Numbered from the stretch's first letter, positions 10,400-21,076 are shown. The stretch is DNA of 64,000 nt from an uncultured Actinomycetota bacterium (GCA_963707005.1 CAVPPP010000046.1:111863-175862), one strand, 5' to 3'. Numbers and translations are program-made. The notes: generated by a model not told the origin, from the letters alone.

Positions 10400-12125
10400 A
10401 TGGCTGTTGTGGAACGCACCACTCAGACGGTGGCGGTCACGCCACGCCCCAGCACCCACGGCGAGGTGGTGTGGCGGTGGATGACCACCACCGATCACAA
10501 GGTGATCGGCAACCTGTACTTCGTCACGTCGATGGGTTTCTTCATGTTCGGCGGTGTGCTGGCGTTGGCGATGCGCGCCGAGCTCGCCTTCCCCGGGCTG
10601 CAGTTCCTGTCGTATGAGACCTACAACCAGTTCTTCACCATGCACGGCGCGATCATGCTGCTGCTGTTCGCGACCCCGCTGTTCGCCGGCTTCGCCAACG
10701 CGATCATGCCGCTGCAGATCGGCGCCCCGGATGTCGGCGTTCCCGCGGCTGAACATGTTCTCCTACTGGCTGTACCTGTTCGGCGGCCTGATGGCCTGTT
10801 CCGGTTTCCTGACCCCGCAGGGTGCGGCCAGCTTCGGCTGGTTCGCGTACGCGCCGCTGAGCGACGCGGTCAACTCACCCGGAGCCGGCAGTGACCTGTG
10901 GATCATGGGTCTGTACCTGGCCGGCATCGGCACCGTCCTCGGCTCGGTCAACTTCGTCACCACCATCATCTGTCTGCGGGCGCCGGGGATGACGATGTTC
11001 CGGCTGCCGATCTTCACCTGGAACATCCTGGCGACCTCGATCCTGGTGCTGATCGTCTTCCCGGTGCTGGCGGCGGCGCTGCTGGTGCTGGAGGCCGACC
11101 GGGTGCTCGGGGCGCACATCTTCGACGCGGCCACCGGCGGCGCCATGCTGTGGCAGCACCTGTTCTGGTTCTTCGGACACCCCGAGGTCTACATCATCGC
11201 GCTGCCGTTCTTCGGCATCATCACCGAAGTGCTCCCGGTCTTCAGCAAGAAGCCGGTGTTCGGCTACGTCGGCCTCGTGTCGGCGACGCTGTTGATCGCG
11301 GCCTTGTCGGTGTCGGTGTGGGCGCACCACATGTTCGCCACCGGCGCGGTGAACCTGCCGTTCTTCTCCTTCATGTCCTTCCTGATCGCGGTCCCGACCG
11401 GGGTGAAGTTCTTCAACTGGATCGGCACCATGTGGGGCGGCAACATCACCATGGCCACCCCGATGCTGTGGGCGGTCGGGTTCTTGACCACCTTCCTGTT
11501 CGGCGGCCTGACCGGCGTCATCCTGGCCAGTCCGCCGCTGGACTTCCACGTCACCGACTCCTACTTCGTGGTCGCCCACTTCCACTACGTGGTGTTCGGC
11601 ACGGTGGTGTTCGCGATGTTCTCCGGCTACTACTTCTGGTGGCCGAAGTTCACCGGGCACATGCTGGACGAGCGGATCGGCAAGATCCACTTCTGGATGC
11701 TGTTCGTCGGCTTCCACACCACGTTCCTGGTCCAGCACTGGCTCGGGGTCGAAGGGATGCCGCGGCGGTACGCGGACTACCTGCCCAGCGACGGCTTCAC
11801 CATCTTGAATCAGGTGTCCTCGGTCGGGGCGATCCTCCTCGGCGCGTCGATGCTGCCCTTCCTGTACAACGTGTGGAAGAGCCGCAACAACCCGAAGGTC
11901 ACTGTCGACGACCCGTGGGGCTGGGGTAGGTCGCTGGAGTGGGCCACCTCCTGCCCGCCGCCGCGTCACAACTTCACCTCGCTGCCCCGGATCCGGTCGG
12001 AGTCGCCGACGTTCGACCTGCACCACCCCGAGGTGGCGCTGCAGGAGTATCCGGCCAACGACGCTGATGCGGACGGTTTGGTCGATGCCGGGGACGACGA
12101 GGGCCGAGTGGAGGAGCCTCCATGA
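10400..12125 (+). pseudogene. ctaD: cytochrome c oxidase subunit I (ctaD), +1 frameshift
   Basis: Full-length CtaD with all hallmark motifs ([28 protein letters not shown]). The reading frame switches at ~10736: the sequence reads GATGTCGGCGTTCCCG, whereas the conserved DVAFPRLN would need GATGTCGCGTTCCCG, so an extra G is present. Confidence 0.85.
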
Positions 12126-12210
12126 GCGGATCGACCAGGTCAGCGATGCCCGCGATGAGCCCTAGGGCCGTGACCGCCGTTGCCGAGACACGTCAGGAGG
12201 AAGTGGGACC

Positions 12211-12651
12211 ATGCCCAGAGAGGTGACGGTACTCACCACGGAGGAGTGCCGGACGCTGCTGCGCGATCACCACTTCGGTCGGGTCGCTTTCGTCGACACG
12301 GTCGGAGTGCTGCCACTGATCATTCCCGTCAACTATGTGTGGGCGGATGACGCGGTGGTGTTTCGTAGCGATTCCGGCAGCAAGCTGCGGGCCGCTGCTC
12401 GTGGCGCGCCGGTCGCGTTCGAGATCGATGGCCTCGACCGGGAGCGCCGCATCGGCTGGAGCGTGGTGGTCCGCGGCCACGCGCTGGAGATCACCGATCC
12501 GACCAGAATCGCTGGGCTCGACGAGCTGCCGCTGGTGGCCTGGTCTCCGCGGGAACAGCCGCACTACGTGAGTGTGACCCCGAGCCACCTGATCGGCCGG
12601 CAGATCAGCGTCTTCGGTCTGCCGTCGCACTGGTGGACCGAAAACCCGTGA
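12211..12651 (+). CDS. pyridoxamine 5'-phosphate oxidase (PPOX) family protein
   Basis: MPREVTVLTTEECRTLLRDHHFGRVAFVD... is the typical PPOX/F420-dependent split-barrel N-terminus. Confidence 0.7.
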   Translation: MPREVTVLTTEECRTLLRDHHFGRVAFVDTVGVLPLIIPVNYVWADDAVVFRSDSGSKLRAAARGAPVAFEIDGLDRERRIGWSVVVRGHALEITDPTRIAGLDELPLVAWSPREQPHYVSVTPSHLIGRQISVFGLPSHWWTENP

Positions 12652-12800
12652 TCACCGCAACGCGCGCGCAGCGATACCAACAGCCCGGCATCGCTCTGCC
12701 TTGTCCCACCTTCGCGAGCATCCCCGGCGAGGCGGACCCTCGGCGTTGATGCGCCGGCTGCTGCCTGGATGTTGTCAGCGGTGAAAGGCGGCAGGACAGC

Positions 12801-13259
12801 TCAGGGGCCGACGTCGTGGTTGGAGAAGGCGAGATCTTCCCAGAAGGGCTGGGACAGTGCAGACCCGAGCCGGTGCAGCTCGTCGCGGTGCAGGGCGCCG
12901 AGCTGGCTCATCGTCTGCTCACCGTCGGTGGTCAGCGAGACCCGTACGGCGCGAGCGTCGTCGGGGTGTGGCTCGCGTTGGACCAAGCCCTGTTTCTGGG
13001 CACGGTCGATCAGCTCCACCACGCTGTGGTGACGCAGCTGGATCATGTCGGCCAGTTCCTGCACGGTCGCCCATTCCCTGCCGGGGTAGCCCATCAGGGC
13101 CAACATCAGCTGGTACTGCTGCGGGGTGACCCCGTGCGTCCGGACGATCTCCTCACTGATCCGCAGGTAGCGGCGGATGCCGAAGCGGAACCGCGCCAAC
13201 GCCTCGAAGTCGGCCTTGGACAGGGGATCGGACCCGCCTGGCTTGCGGGAGGTTGTCAT
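12801..13259 (-). CDS. MarR family transcriptional regulator
   Basis: The wHTH region VTPQQYQLMLALMGYPGREWATVQELADMIQLRHHSVVELIDRAQKQGLV is a MarR signature. Confidence 0.8.
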   Translation of the reverse strand: MTTSRKPGGSDPLSKADFEALARFRFGIRRYLRISEEIVRTHGVTPQQYQLMLALMGYPGREWATVQELADMIQLRHHSVVELIDRAQKQGLVQREPHPDDARAVRVSLTTDGEQTMSQLGALHRDELHRLGSALSQPFWEDLAFSNHDVGP

Positions 13260-13345
13260 GGTGTCGATCCCTTCATGATCACGGCTGCCTGATCCGGATT
13301 CTGCCTGGTCCGGCTTGGGGCACGGTAGCAGCGCCCAGATATTTA

Positions 13346-13360
13346 TATCGTGTTACGATA
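13346..13360. promoter_or_regulatory. palindromic operator candidate TATCGtgttaCGATA
   Basis: In the divergent MarR (12801..13259) / SPFH (13480..) promoter region. Confidence 0.45.
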
Positions 13361-13479
13361 GGTATGTCGAGAACGGATCGACGTGTTCTCGGCATCGAGG
13401 CAGCTCAGAACCCACCGGGCGGCGCTGCCACCGGCCCGGTGACATCACGGATGTCATCACATCTCGGAAGGAGACGACA

Positions 13480-14454
13480 ATGGGCGTAGAGACGGTTTTC
13501 ATCGTGCTGGCCTTGGTGATCATGGTGGGCCTGCTGGCCATGGCGATGAGTGTGCGGGTGGTCAAACAGTTCGAGCGTGGCGTGGTGTTCCGGCTGGGCA
13601 AGGTGGAGAGCCAGGCACGCCAGCCCGGTCTGACCCTGATCACCCCGTTCGTCGACCGGCTCCAGAAGGTCAACATGCAGATCATCACGATGCCGGTGCC
13701 GGCCCAAGACGGGATCACCCGCGACAACGTCACCGTCCGGGTCGATGCGGTGGTCTACTTCCGCGTCGTCGACCCACTCCGCGTCGCCGTGGACGTCCAA
13801 GATTATGACTCCGCCATCGGCCAGGTCGCGCAGACATCCCTGCGGTCCATCATCGGGAAGAGCCTGCTGGACGACCTTCTCTGCGATCGGGAACGGCTGA
13901 ACCAGGGTCTGGAGCTGATGATCGACAGTCCCGCCGCCGGCTGGGGAGTGCATATCGACCGGGTCGAGATCAAGGATGTCGCACTGCCGGAGTCGATGAA
14001 ACGGTCGATGTCGCGTCAGGCGGAAGCCGAGCGCGAACGACGGGCACGGGTGATCACCGCTGACGGTGAGCTCCAAGCGTCCGGCAAACTCGCCGAGGCC
14101 GCGACCGTGATGGCCGACACACCTGCCGCGCTCCAGCTCCGCCTGCTCCAGACCGTCGTCGAGGTGGCCGCGGAGAAGAACTCCACATTGGTCCTGCCGT
14201 TCCCCGTCGAGCTGCTCCGCTTCCTGGAGAGCGCCACGATCCCGGCTGCCGCCAGCCCGTCCACCTCCACACCGGCCACCGCCGAGCCGGCCGCCGCCGC
14301 GGAACCAGCTCCAGTCAGGCCTGCCAGTATCGCCGCACCCAGACCTGCCCTGCCGGGGGTGGTGCTCGATCACAGCCTGTCCGAGCTGGCAGGGCTGGCA
14401 CCGACGTTGGCGAGCCTCGCACCGACCGAGAAGGCCACGCCGGTGTCTGTCTGA
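13480..14454 (+). CDS. SPFH/band-7 (stomatin/HflK-like) protein
   Basis: N-terminal TM followed by RVVKQFERGVVFRLGKV...ITRDNVTVRVDAVVYFRVVDP...EAERERRARVI. GGAG RBS before the ATG at 13480. Confidence 0.85.
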   Translation: MGVETVFIVLALVIMVGLLAMAMSVRVVKQFERGVVFRLGKVESQARQPGLTLITPFVDRLQKVNMQIITMPVPAQDGITRDNVTVRVDAVVYFRVVDPLRVAVDVQDYDSAIGQVAQTSLRSIIGKSLLDDLLCDRERLNQGLELMIDSPAAGWGVHIDRVEIKDVALPESMKRSMSRQAEAERERRARVITADGELQASGKLAEAATVMADTPAALQLRLLQTVVEVAAEKNSTLVLPFPVELLRFLESATIPAAASPSTSTPATAEPAAAAEPAPVRPASIAAPRPALPGVVLDHSLSELAGLAPTLASLAPTEKATPVSV

Positions 14455-14474
14455 CTGCCGGTGTCTGTCTGACT
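14439..14474. repeat. 18-bp tandem duplication (GCCGGTGTCTGTCTGACT x2)
   Basis: Two exact adjacent copies. The first contains the SPFH stop codon. Confidence 0.8.
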
Positions 14475-14565
14475 AGGGTCGGACAACAACGTCTGCATCC
14501 AGGACCTCAGCTCAACGACACCATGCAGCACAACTACACCTACGGCTTGTTCGAAGGAGCCACCC

Positions 14566-15117
14566 ATGTTCTCGACCGCTGATCTGCAGGCGGACCGCAA
14601 TGAGGTGGTGGTGGGTCTGGACGACTCACCGGCAGGACGTGCCGCACTGTGGTGGGCGGCCCGCTATGCGCGGTTCAGCTTCACCGACCTGCGCGCCGTC
14701 CACGTGCTGCCTGCCTGGGTTGACGCGACCTGGGCCTGGACCGTTGGAACCGCTGCCCTGGCCGGTCCCACCCTGACGGAATGGATGGACGACACGATCG
14801 ACGGCACTACCCACATCTTCGAGGCGGTGGGCCCCGAGCTCGACTGGTCGCTGGAACACGTCGTGGGCAGCCCAGGACCCGTTCTGGTCGCCGCGGCTGC
14901 ACACGCGCAGTTGCTCATCGTGGGAACCCGACACCGCACCGGAGTCGCACGGCTGCTGTCAGGGTCGGTCAGTCAGTACTGCCTGCGCGGCGCCGTCTGT
15001 CCCGTCGTCGCCATCCCTGCCCTGCCGGCGTCCAGCACCACGTCGTCGAGCTCAGCTCGACGCCAGCGCACTGGTGCGAGTCCACGCTTACGGCGTCGAG
15101 TAGACAACGATCCATGA
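14566..15117 (+). CDS. universal stress protein (UspA family)
   Basis: VVVGLDDSPAGRAALWWAARYA...LLIVGTRHRTGVARLLSGSVSQYCLRGAVCPVVAIP. Confidence 0.8.
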   Translation: MFSTADLQADRNEVVVGLDDSPAGRAALWWAARYARFSFTDLRAVHVLPAWVDATWAWTVGTAALAGPTLTEWMDDTIDGTTHIFEAVGPELDWSLEHVVGSPGPVLVAAAAHAQLLIVGTRHRTGVARLLSGSVSQYCLRGAVCPVVAIPALPASSTTSSSSARRQRTGASPRLRRRVDNDP

Positions 15118-15435
15118 CCAGACGCGCGTCGACGGCCGGCTCGGACACCACATTGCCTTTGATCGGTCTCCGCGCATCCCTGTCAACCCCTGCACAAGGA
15201 TGACAGGTCTGGCGGGGCGCGACGTGATTGTCGTTCGATGATCCCCGACGGCTGAACGCAAAGGCTCGCAGTCCGGCGCCGACGACCGTGTGTGCGTGCG
15301 ACATGATCTCCGGCTCTCCGCCTGGCACGGCCTCTGGTTCCCGACCATGGTCCGCCGGGCGAGACGGGCTGATGGTCATGGTGATCAGGATGTGGGGTCG
15401 GGTGGGGGCAGCGCCCCGCCGTCATCCTTCCAGCG

Positions 15436-16101
15436 GTGCAGCTGCTTCGCCGGGACCCTGTCGTCGTCGGCGGCGCCCTCGGTCTCGTAACGGTCCCGGT
15501 GGATCATCTCCGAGGTGAGGTAGTCATACACCTCGTCGTCCACAGCGATGCCATCTCGCTGGTACTCCTGGTGAATGAGCTTTCGGTCTTGTCCTGGGTA
15601 GAGCACGCGGTCGAAACCGCCGTCGAGGCCGGCGCAACACTCATCTGGCTGCCCGAACCGATCATCGCCGCCCACCGCTGCGACCACATCAACACCGTCG
15701 ACATCACCTTGGCTGAGGGGGCACGGTTGATGGTCCGCGAAGAGCTGCTCCTGGGACGGCACCTGGAACCGTCTGGTCGCCTGCGACAACGAACTCGGGT
15801 AACCGCGGACCAGCAGCCACTGTTCCACCAGGATCTCCAGCTGGGCGACCAGAGCAGCCGCACCCCAGCCGTGGCCGCCAACTACCGAGCGGTCGGGTCG
15901 ATCCTGGTTGTCGACCCGGCCTGGACAACCGCGACCCGACCCGCGCCCCTGCGACTGACCGACTCGGCAGCCCTGATGCCGCTGGCCCGAAACGCCGTCC
16001 TCATCAGCGCGGTCGCCGCCGACAGCCATGACCTGCGGACCGTGCTCAACGTGGGCATCGCGGCGCTGGGCCCACCCTGGGACCCACGCCGCCCACGCTG
16101 A
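15436..16101 (+). CDS. UreD/UreH-like urease accessory protein fragment (orphan)
   Basis: Weak match to the UreD core (ATLIWLPEPIIAAHRCDHINTVDITLAEGARLMVREELLLGR...RQRTRVTADQQPLFHQDLQLGD). No other urease genes are present and the N-terminus appears to be missing. Confidence 0.3.
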   Translation: MQLLRRDPVVVGGALGLVTVPVDHLRGEVVIHLVVHSDAISLVLLVNELSVLSWVEHAVETAVEAGATLIWLPEPIIAAHRCDHINTVDITLAEGARLMVREELLLGRHLEPSGRLRQRTRVTADQQPLFHQDLQLGDQSSRTPAVAANYRAVGSILVVDPAWTTATRPAPLRLTDSAALMPLARNAVLISAVAADSHDLRTVLNVGIAALGPPWDPRRPR

Positions 16102-16265
16102 CACCGACGCGCCACAGCGGCCGCCCGTGGCCTCGAGCTCACCGTTCATCCCCACCGCACACACACGGAAACCCGCCACGATCGTGTAAACCGCGGCGCC
16201 GGCTCAACTGAGCAGCGAGTCATCCACCCGGTCCCCGTCAGCATCCTCTGCGCCAAGATCATGGT

Positions 16266-17479
16266 TCAGTCCGCAGACCCGGACGAGGGCCAGTCGAGGA
16301 GCCGGGCCCCGAGGACAGCGATCTGCAAGGCAAGACTGTCGGCGGGGTCGGCGGGGTTGCTGCCGGTCAGCGCCTCGACTCTGGCCAGGCGGTAGGTAAC
16401 GGTGCGCACTGACACGTGCAGACGGCGTGCGGTCTCGGTGGCCACCGCCCCCGTCGCGTAGTACGTCTCCAGGGTGTGCAGCAACGGTTCCGCTCCGCCA
16501 CGTGCGCGGGTGAGGGGAGTAAGCACTCCGTGCACCAGGTCGACCAGCGCTGCCTGGTCGCGGCCGATCACCCGGTAGAGAAGGAGGTCCGCGGCCCGGA
16601 TGGTGGCCGCGTCGAGCTCGAGCCGGCGGGCGAGCCGCAGGGCTTCCCGGGCCTGCTCGTAAGACTGGGCGATGCCGTAGGCGCCCGGGTGGGGCTGGCC
16701 GGTGGCAACCTGCCAATGACGGTCCCCGGTGTGTCGGCGGAGCTGATTGCGGAGGTACTCGACCGCCGGTGGCCGGGCCCCGCTCGCTGGGGTGCCATCG
16801 GCGGCGGATTCACCGGGCAGGATGACGACGAGAAAGGTGTCCTTGGTGGCGACCAGCACCTCACGGTCCCCGTAGCGATCGACCACGGCACGCTCGATGG
16901 GGCTGGCCGCCCGGTCCAGCTGGTGAGCAGACGAGGACCCGGGTTCGGCGAGGAGAACCTGGTGGCTCCGGCTGAGGTCGAGACCGAACGGCTGCGCGCG
17001 CTGGATCAGACGGGCGACGTCGGCGTCGCCGCGCAGAAGATCGTCGATGAACTCCCGCCGAACAGACTCCTCCTGGCGGATCATGGCGTGCCGGGCCGCT
17101 TGGTGGCCGTCGATCAACACCTCGACCGCCTCGTTCACCACCCTCAGCATCGTCTCCGCCGCCGTCTTGGTGCCACCAGCCGCGTGGCCCACGGTGGCTG
17201 GCATCGCCCGCCACAGATGCCAGGCGGCCGACAGGTACAGGTCAACGGCCTGGTCGGCGTCGATGCCGGCGGCGGCGGTCAGCTCACCCAGCTGTCGCAG
17301 GGCGGTCAGCTGGGATGGCTGGGGCCGCCGACCCTCGGTGGCGGCGTCGGACAGGATCTGGAGATACTCACCCAACAGCTGAACCGACACACCCGCCTCA
17401 GCGGCTGTGCGTGCCGCCACCTGCGACACCCAATCCGCCCTGCCTCGGTCATCGAAGTTCGAGTCTGGGTCACGAGTCA
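16266..17479 (-). CDS. PucR/CdaR family transcriptional regulator
   Basis: C-terminal PucR HTH (LHTLETYYATGAVATETARRLHVSVRTVTYRLARVEALTG). GTG start at 17479 preceded by GAGGGGGAA. Confidence 0.75.
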
Positions 17480-17867
17480 CAGCATTCCCCCTCGTCCGCC
17501 CACCATCCCACTGTAGTTGCCGACGTCCGGCAAGGACACCACGTCGATGATGACCGACACTGCCTCTATCTTGGCGAGCGCCGTTCGGGGACGATAGAGA
17601 CATCAGCGCCACCCGGCGCTCCCGACCGAGAAGGAGGCGCCCGATGCCCAGACAGCACGATCCACGAGCACGGCTGGACCTCCACAACGTCAGCATCGAC
17701 CTCGTCGCCGCCGAGGCCGGACGGTGCGGTTTCACCCACCTGGACAGCGGGCGCGTCTGCCTGCGTCCCCATCGCCACCCGGGGTCCTGCCACCCGCAGA
17801 GGACCGTCGTGACGCCTACCCCCGCGTCGTCGATGCGTCAGCAGTAGCACGACCACACCACACACTT

Positions 17868-17888
17868 CAACGCTGCGCCGCAGCGTTG
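17868..17888. promoter_or_regulatory. perfect 10-bp inverted repeat CAACGCTGCGcCGCAGCGTTG
   Basis: In the PucR/DksA divergent intergenic region, 55 bp upstream of the dksA-like start. Confidence 0.35.
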
Positions 17889-17942
17889 CCGGCCGATGCG
17901 CTGCCATCAGGCCGGTTGTCGCTGTACACAAGGAGCCGACCA

Positions 17943-18377
17943 ATGACCATGGAACTCACTGACACCACAGGCATGCCCGCACCAGCCGCCGCGCAGCTGG
18001 CAGCCGTGCGCACCGAGCTGGAGCAACAGCGCAGCTTCCGCGTGGAGCAGATCGAGGAGGTGGAGGTCGACGCCGCCGAGGCGCTGGCCGCCGGCGACGA
18101 CGCCCGCCTGCAGGTGACCCGCTCACTGTTCATGGCCGCCGAAGCAGCGCTGCAGGAGATCAACGCCGCACTGGCCCGCCTCGACCACGGAACGTACGGG
18201 ACCTGTGAGCGCTGCCACCAGCCCATCCCGATCGAACGGCTCGAGGTGTTGCCCACCAGCCGGTCCTGCACGCCGTGTCAGGCGCGAGCCGACATCGGCC
18301 GGACCCGCAGAGGTGTACACAGCCGCTGGCCTATCGCCGGCCCGGCAAGCCCGGCCGCCAGCGCGCCCTTGCAGTAG
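17943..18377 (+). CDS. DksA/TraR family C4-type zinc-finger protein
   Basis: [25 protein letters not shown] four-Cys zinc finger preceded by a coiled-coil region. AAGGAG RBS. Confidence 0.7.
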   Translation: MTMELTDTTGMPAPAAAQLAAVRTELEQQRSFRVEQIEEVEVDAAEALAAGDDARLQVTRSLFMAAEAALQEINAALARLDHGTYGTCERCHQPIPIERLEVLPTSRSCTPCQARADIGRTRRGVHSRWPIAGPASPAASAPLQ

Positions 18378-18672
18378 ACCGTCTGGTCGCCTCACCACCT
18401 GTCCGGGGTGTGCCCAACGATCCACCTGTCCCGGGCCGGTCCGCCATTCTCCTGACCCGGTTGAACACCTGACCCCCCGCCGTGGTCCGTTTCCCGCAAC
18501 ACCGTGACCGACGTCGCCGAACATCTGGCACGCGTCCACGACAGCCGCGACCGGCTCACACGCGGATCACGACATGACCTCGCCCTGTCGGGCCGCTCTA
18601 GGCAGCCGCCCGCAGCCCAACACCCGTGCGGCCGTTACCGGCCGCACCCCTCGACTGAAGGACGTAGCTCCC

Positions 18673-18927
18673 ATGACCACCGCCGACACCTCTTTGATGA
18701 GCCGTCGACCTCGCCGGCAACAGACCCGTGCTCACTCGCTGCCTCGCGGCACCGGTCTCGATGGGCCCGCGCTCGAGCGCCAGCAGCTGCTCCACTCGCT
18801 GAAGACCGTGGGGTGCGTTGCGCTCACCTTGTTCTTTCTTCGGCTCGGCATTCCCGGCGCCGCCTTCGTCTTTCTGGGTGTCGGCGTTCTCCTCCTCAGC
18901 AGGAGACCGGGAGGACCGAGGAGGTAG
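18673..18927 (+). CDS. hypothetical small membrane protein
   Basis: One hydrophobic helix (VALTLFFLRLGIPGAAFVFLGVGVLLL). Weak support. Confidence 0.25.
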   Translation: MTTADTSLMSRRPRRQQTRAHSLPRGTGLDGPALERQQLLHSLKTVGCVALTLFFLRLGIPGAAFVFLGVGVLLLSRRPGGPRR

Positions 18928-19035
18928 GAATGCCGGACGCGGAGCACGGTGCCCTGGTGATCGCGGCGAAACAGGCGCGTCACGGCGCGGTGGGATCACC
19001 CCCATCCGCGGCTTGCAGTACACACAGGTAAAAGG

Positions 19036-19299
19036 ATGACTGTCATGTTGACTCAGCGGGAAAAGCAGCTGTTCGACGACCTCGAACGGCAGTTCTACGC
19101 CACCGACCCCCACCCTGCCGGACCCGATGATGCCGGACCCGATGAGGCAGGTGGCTCGTCGAGGGCATGGGTCCTGGAGGCCGCGATGGGAGTCTGCGTG
19201 GCCATGGTCGCCATCTGCGGCCTCCTTGGCTCACCGGAGGGCGTCGTCTGCTTCACCGGCACCATGATGATCTTGGCCTTCATGCACTACCACCTCTGA
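19036..19299 (+). CDS. DUF3040 domain membrane protein
   Basis: LTQREKQLFDDLERQFYATDP plus a C-terminal double helix. Paralogue of 28039..28290 and 44216..44467. Confidence 0.65.
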   Translation: MTVMLTQREKQLFDDLERQFYATDPHPAGPDDAGPDEAGGSSRAWVLEAAMGVCVAMVAICGLLGSPEGVVCFTGTMMILAFMHYHL

Positions 19300-19529
19300 T
19301 GCCAGCAGACCGTCTCCCAAGCGGAATCCCCGCGCGCCACGCATCTTGACGGCGCCTCGAGGAGCTTGATCAAGACCAGGCAGCAGAAGCGTCGCCCCAA
19401 CCGTTGTTGATCATGGTCGTGCTTTGCGCGGCGGCGATGGTCGACTCCGCCGGCCACCGCAGATCGACGTTAGCTGGCCGGCTGTCGCGATCGGTCGCGC
19501 TCTGCTCAGGAGAGTGCGTCCGGTAGCGA

Positions 19530-19841
19530 TCACGTGGCGGAACGATCCGGTCGAGGAAGCGCGCCGACGTCACGCCTGATGACTTCGGTGAAGTCTGGGT
19601 ACGCGGCCATGATGTCTTCGAAGTCCAGTTCGCTGGGGAGGTCGAAAGCCTCCTGCCGCGCCAGCAGGTAGCGGACGGTGGCGGCGGCGACCTGGCCCTC
19701 CTGTTTCCCTTCGACGTCGAGATCACGCGCTGCACCCTCGCCGAGACGCAGCTCGATTGCGATCTCGTCGTCCACGTCGTGAACCTGGATCAGATAGACA
19801 TGCTCTCCATCCGCCTCGATGTCGAACTGCTCTCCACCCAC
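19530..19841 (-). CDS. hypothetical acidic protein
   Basis: 103-aa ORF with good codon bias. The palindromic motif lies 40 bp upstream. Confidence 0.4.
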   Translation of the reverse strand: MGGEQFDIEADGEHVYLIQVHDVDDEIAIELRLGEGAARDLDVEGKQEGQVAAATVRYLLARQEAFDLPSELDFEDIMAAYPDFTEVIRRDVGALPRPDRSAT

Positions 19842-19878
19842 GCTGTGTCCTTTCCATACTGACCGCTCCCACCACTAT

Positions 19879-19893
19879 ATCGCAATACGATAC
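19879..19893. promoter_or_regulatory. palindromic operator candidate TATCGcaataCGATA
   Basis: 40 bp upstream of hypothetical gene 19530..19841. Confidence 0.45.
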
Positions 19894-20011
19894 ATTCGTC
19901 GCCGGGCGACGATGACCAGGTCCGCCGTCTCGCCGGCGACACGCGCCGCTGTGCCGGCGAGTTTGGATGAACGTCGGAACTCGGAGGCCCGCCAGTTCCC
20001 GGGCTTGGACC

Positions 20012-20440
20012 TCAGGGCCCGCTCACACGTTCGCGCGCGGCATCGACGGTGCCAGGCGGGACACGATGAACGGGGTCGAAGCAGCACCCTGCTTCGACCC
20101 CCGCAACTGACACACCACCACCGTCTGGTGTTTGCCTTCTCCTGCCGAGTGAGGGCAACAGATGAGTGCGGATGACCTCAGCTGAGGTCGGGTCGGTCGT
20201 GGCGAGCCCAGCAGCAGTCTCGACGACACTCGCGGCAAGACGGGCGACCTTGATGTTCGTGTCCTGAGAGGTCCGACATAGAAGATCCCAGGCCTGACCA
20301 GGCGGTATCTTGTGCACCGTCAGGAGAACTCCGATCGCCTGACCGACCCGCTCATGACTGGCAACGGCACTTCTCAGATGGCCGACCAGAACTCGCAACT
20401 CCGTCAGACCCAGGTTCTCCAGGTCAGTCTCCTCGCTCAC
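20012..20440 (-). CDS. ANTAR domain protein
   Basis: LRSAVASHERVGQAIGVLLTVHKIPPGQAWDLLCRTSQDTNIKVARLAASVV matches the ANTAR RNA-binding domain. No fused sensor domain. Confidence 0.55.
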   Translation of the reverse strand: MSEETDLENLGLTELRVLVGHLRSAVASHERVGQAIGVLLTVHKIPPGQAWDLLCRTSQDTNIKVARLAASVVETAAGLATTDPTSAEVIRTHLLPSLGRRRQTPDGGGVSVAGVEAGCCFDPVHRVPPGTVDAARERVSGP

Positions 20441-20545
20441 CGACTCATCCCTTTCCGTACCTCGTGGCGGCAGTGTTGCTGACGGCCTAAAACGTTGCTG
20501 GCGGTCTAAAGTTGCTGGCGGTCGAAAGCGACTGGTCCACCCGGC

Positions 20546-21016
20546 TCAGAGCTGAAGAAGGCCTCGTTCCGCCTGTTCGTCGGCCAGGTTGACGAAGACG
20601 TCCAGTGCTTGTGAGAGCGCCGTTTGGTCGTCTGCGGACATCTGCCTCAGGATGCGGCTGAACGTCGCGCGCCGGCGCGCGGTGACCTCGGCAACCAGCC
20701 TCTGTCCCTCGCAGGTGAGGATCAGCTCGACTCGTCGGCGGTCGCTCGGGAGCGCTTGGCGGCTGAGCAGACCGGACCGCACGAGCCGGTCACAGGTTCG
20801 GCTGGCGCTCGAGAGGTGAACGTCGAGGGCCTGGGCAACGTCGGAGTTGTTCACACTCGACCGGGTGGAAGCGAGCACCAGAATGCGGAGCTGGGGCAGG
20901 GTGACGGTGTCGCCGATCTGAGCGACCGACTCGACGGTTGTGGCGGCGAAGATGCGGGCAGCGTTCATGAGCGACTCGAGCGCGATCGGTGGCACCGTGG
21001 CGGTGACCATGGTCAA
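20546..21016 (-). CDS. MarR family transcriptional regulator
   Basis: TLPQLRILVLASTRSSVNNSDVAQALDVHLSSASRTCDRLVRSGLLSR...SDRRRVELILT. Confidence 0.75.
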   Translation of the reverse strand: MTMVTATVPPIALESLMNAARIFAATTVESVAQIGDTVTLPQLRILVLASTRSSVNNSDVAQALDVHLSSASRTCDRLVRSGLLSRQALPSDRRRVELILTCEGQRLVAEVTARRRATFSRILRQMSADDQTALSQALDVFVNLADEQAERGLLQL

Positions 21017-21076
21017 GTTCTCCTTTGCGTGCGAGGGTGCAACTCGTGCGTATGCGCACCGTCTTGTGTGAGGCGC

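Noticed and set aside
18395-18435. Imperfect direct repeat CACCTGTCCGGGG / CACCTGTCCCGGG downstream of the dksA-like gene
   Set aside because: It is short and GC-rich, so it is likely chance. It has no inverted-repeat or terminator features.
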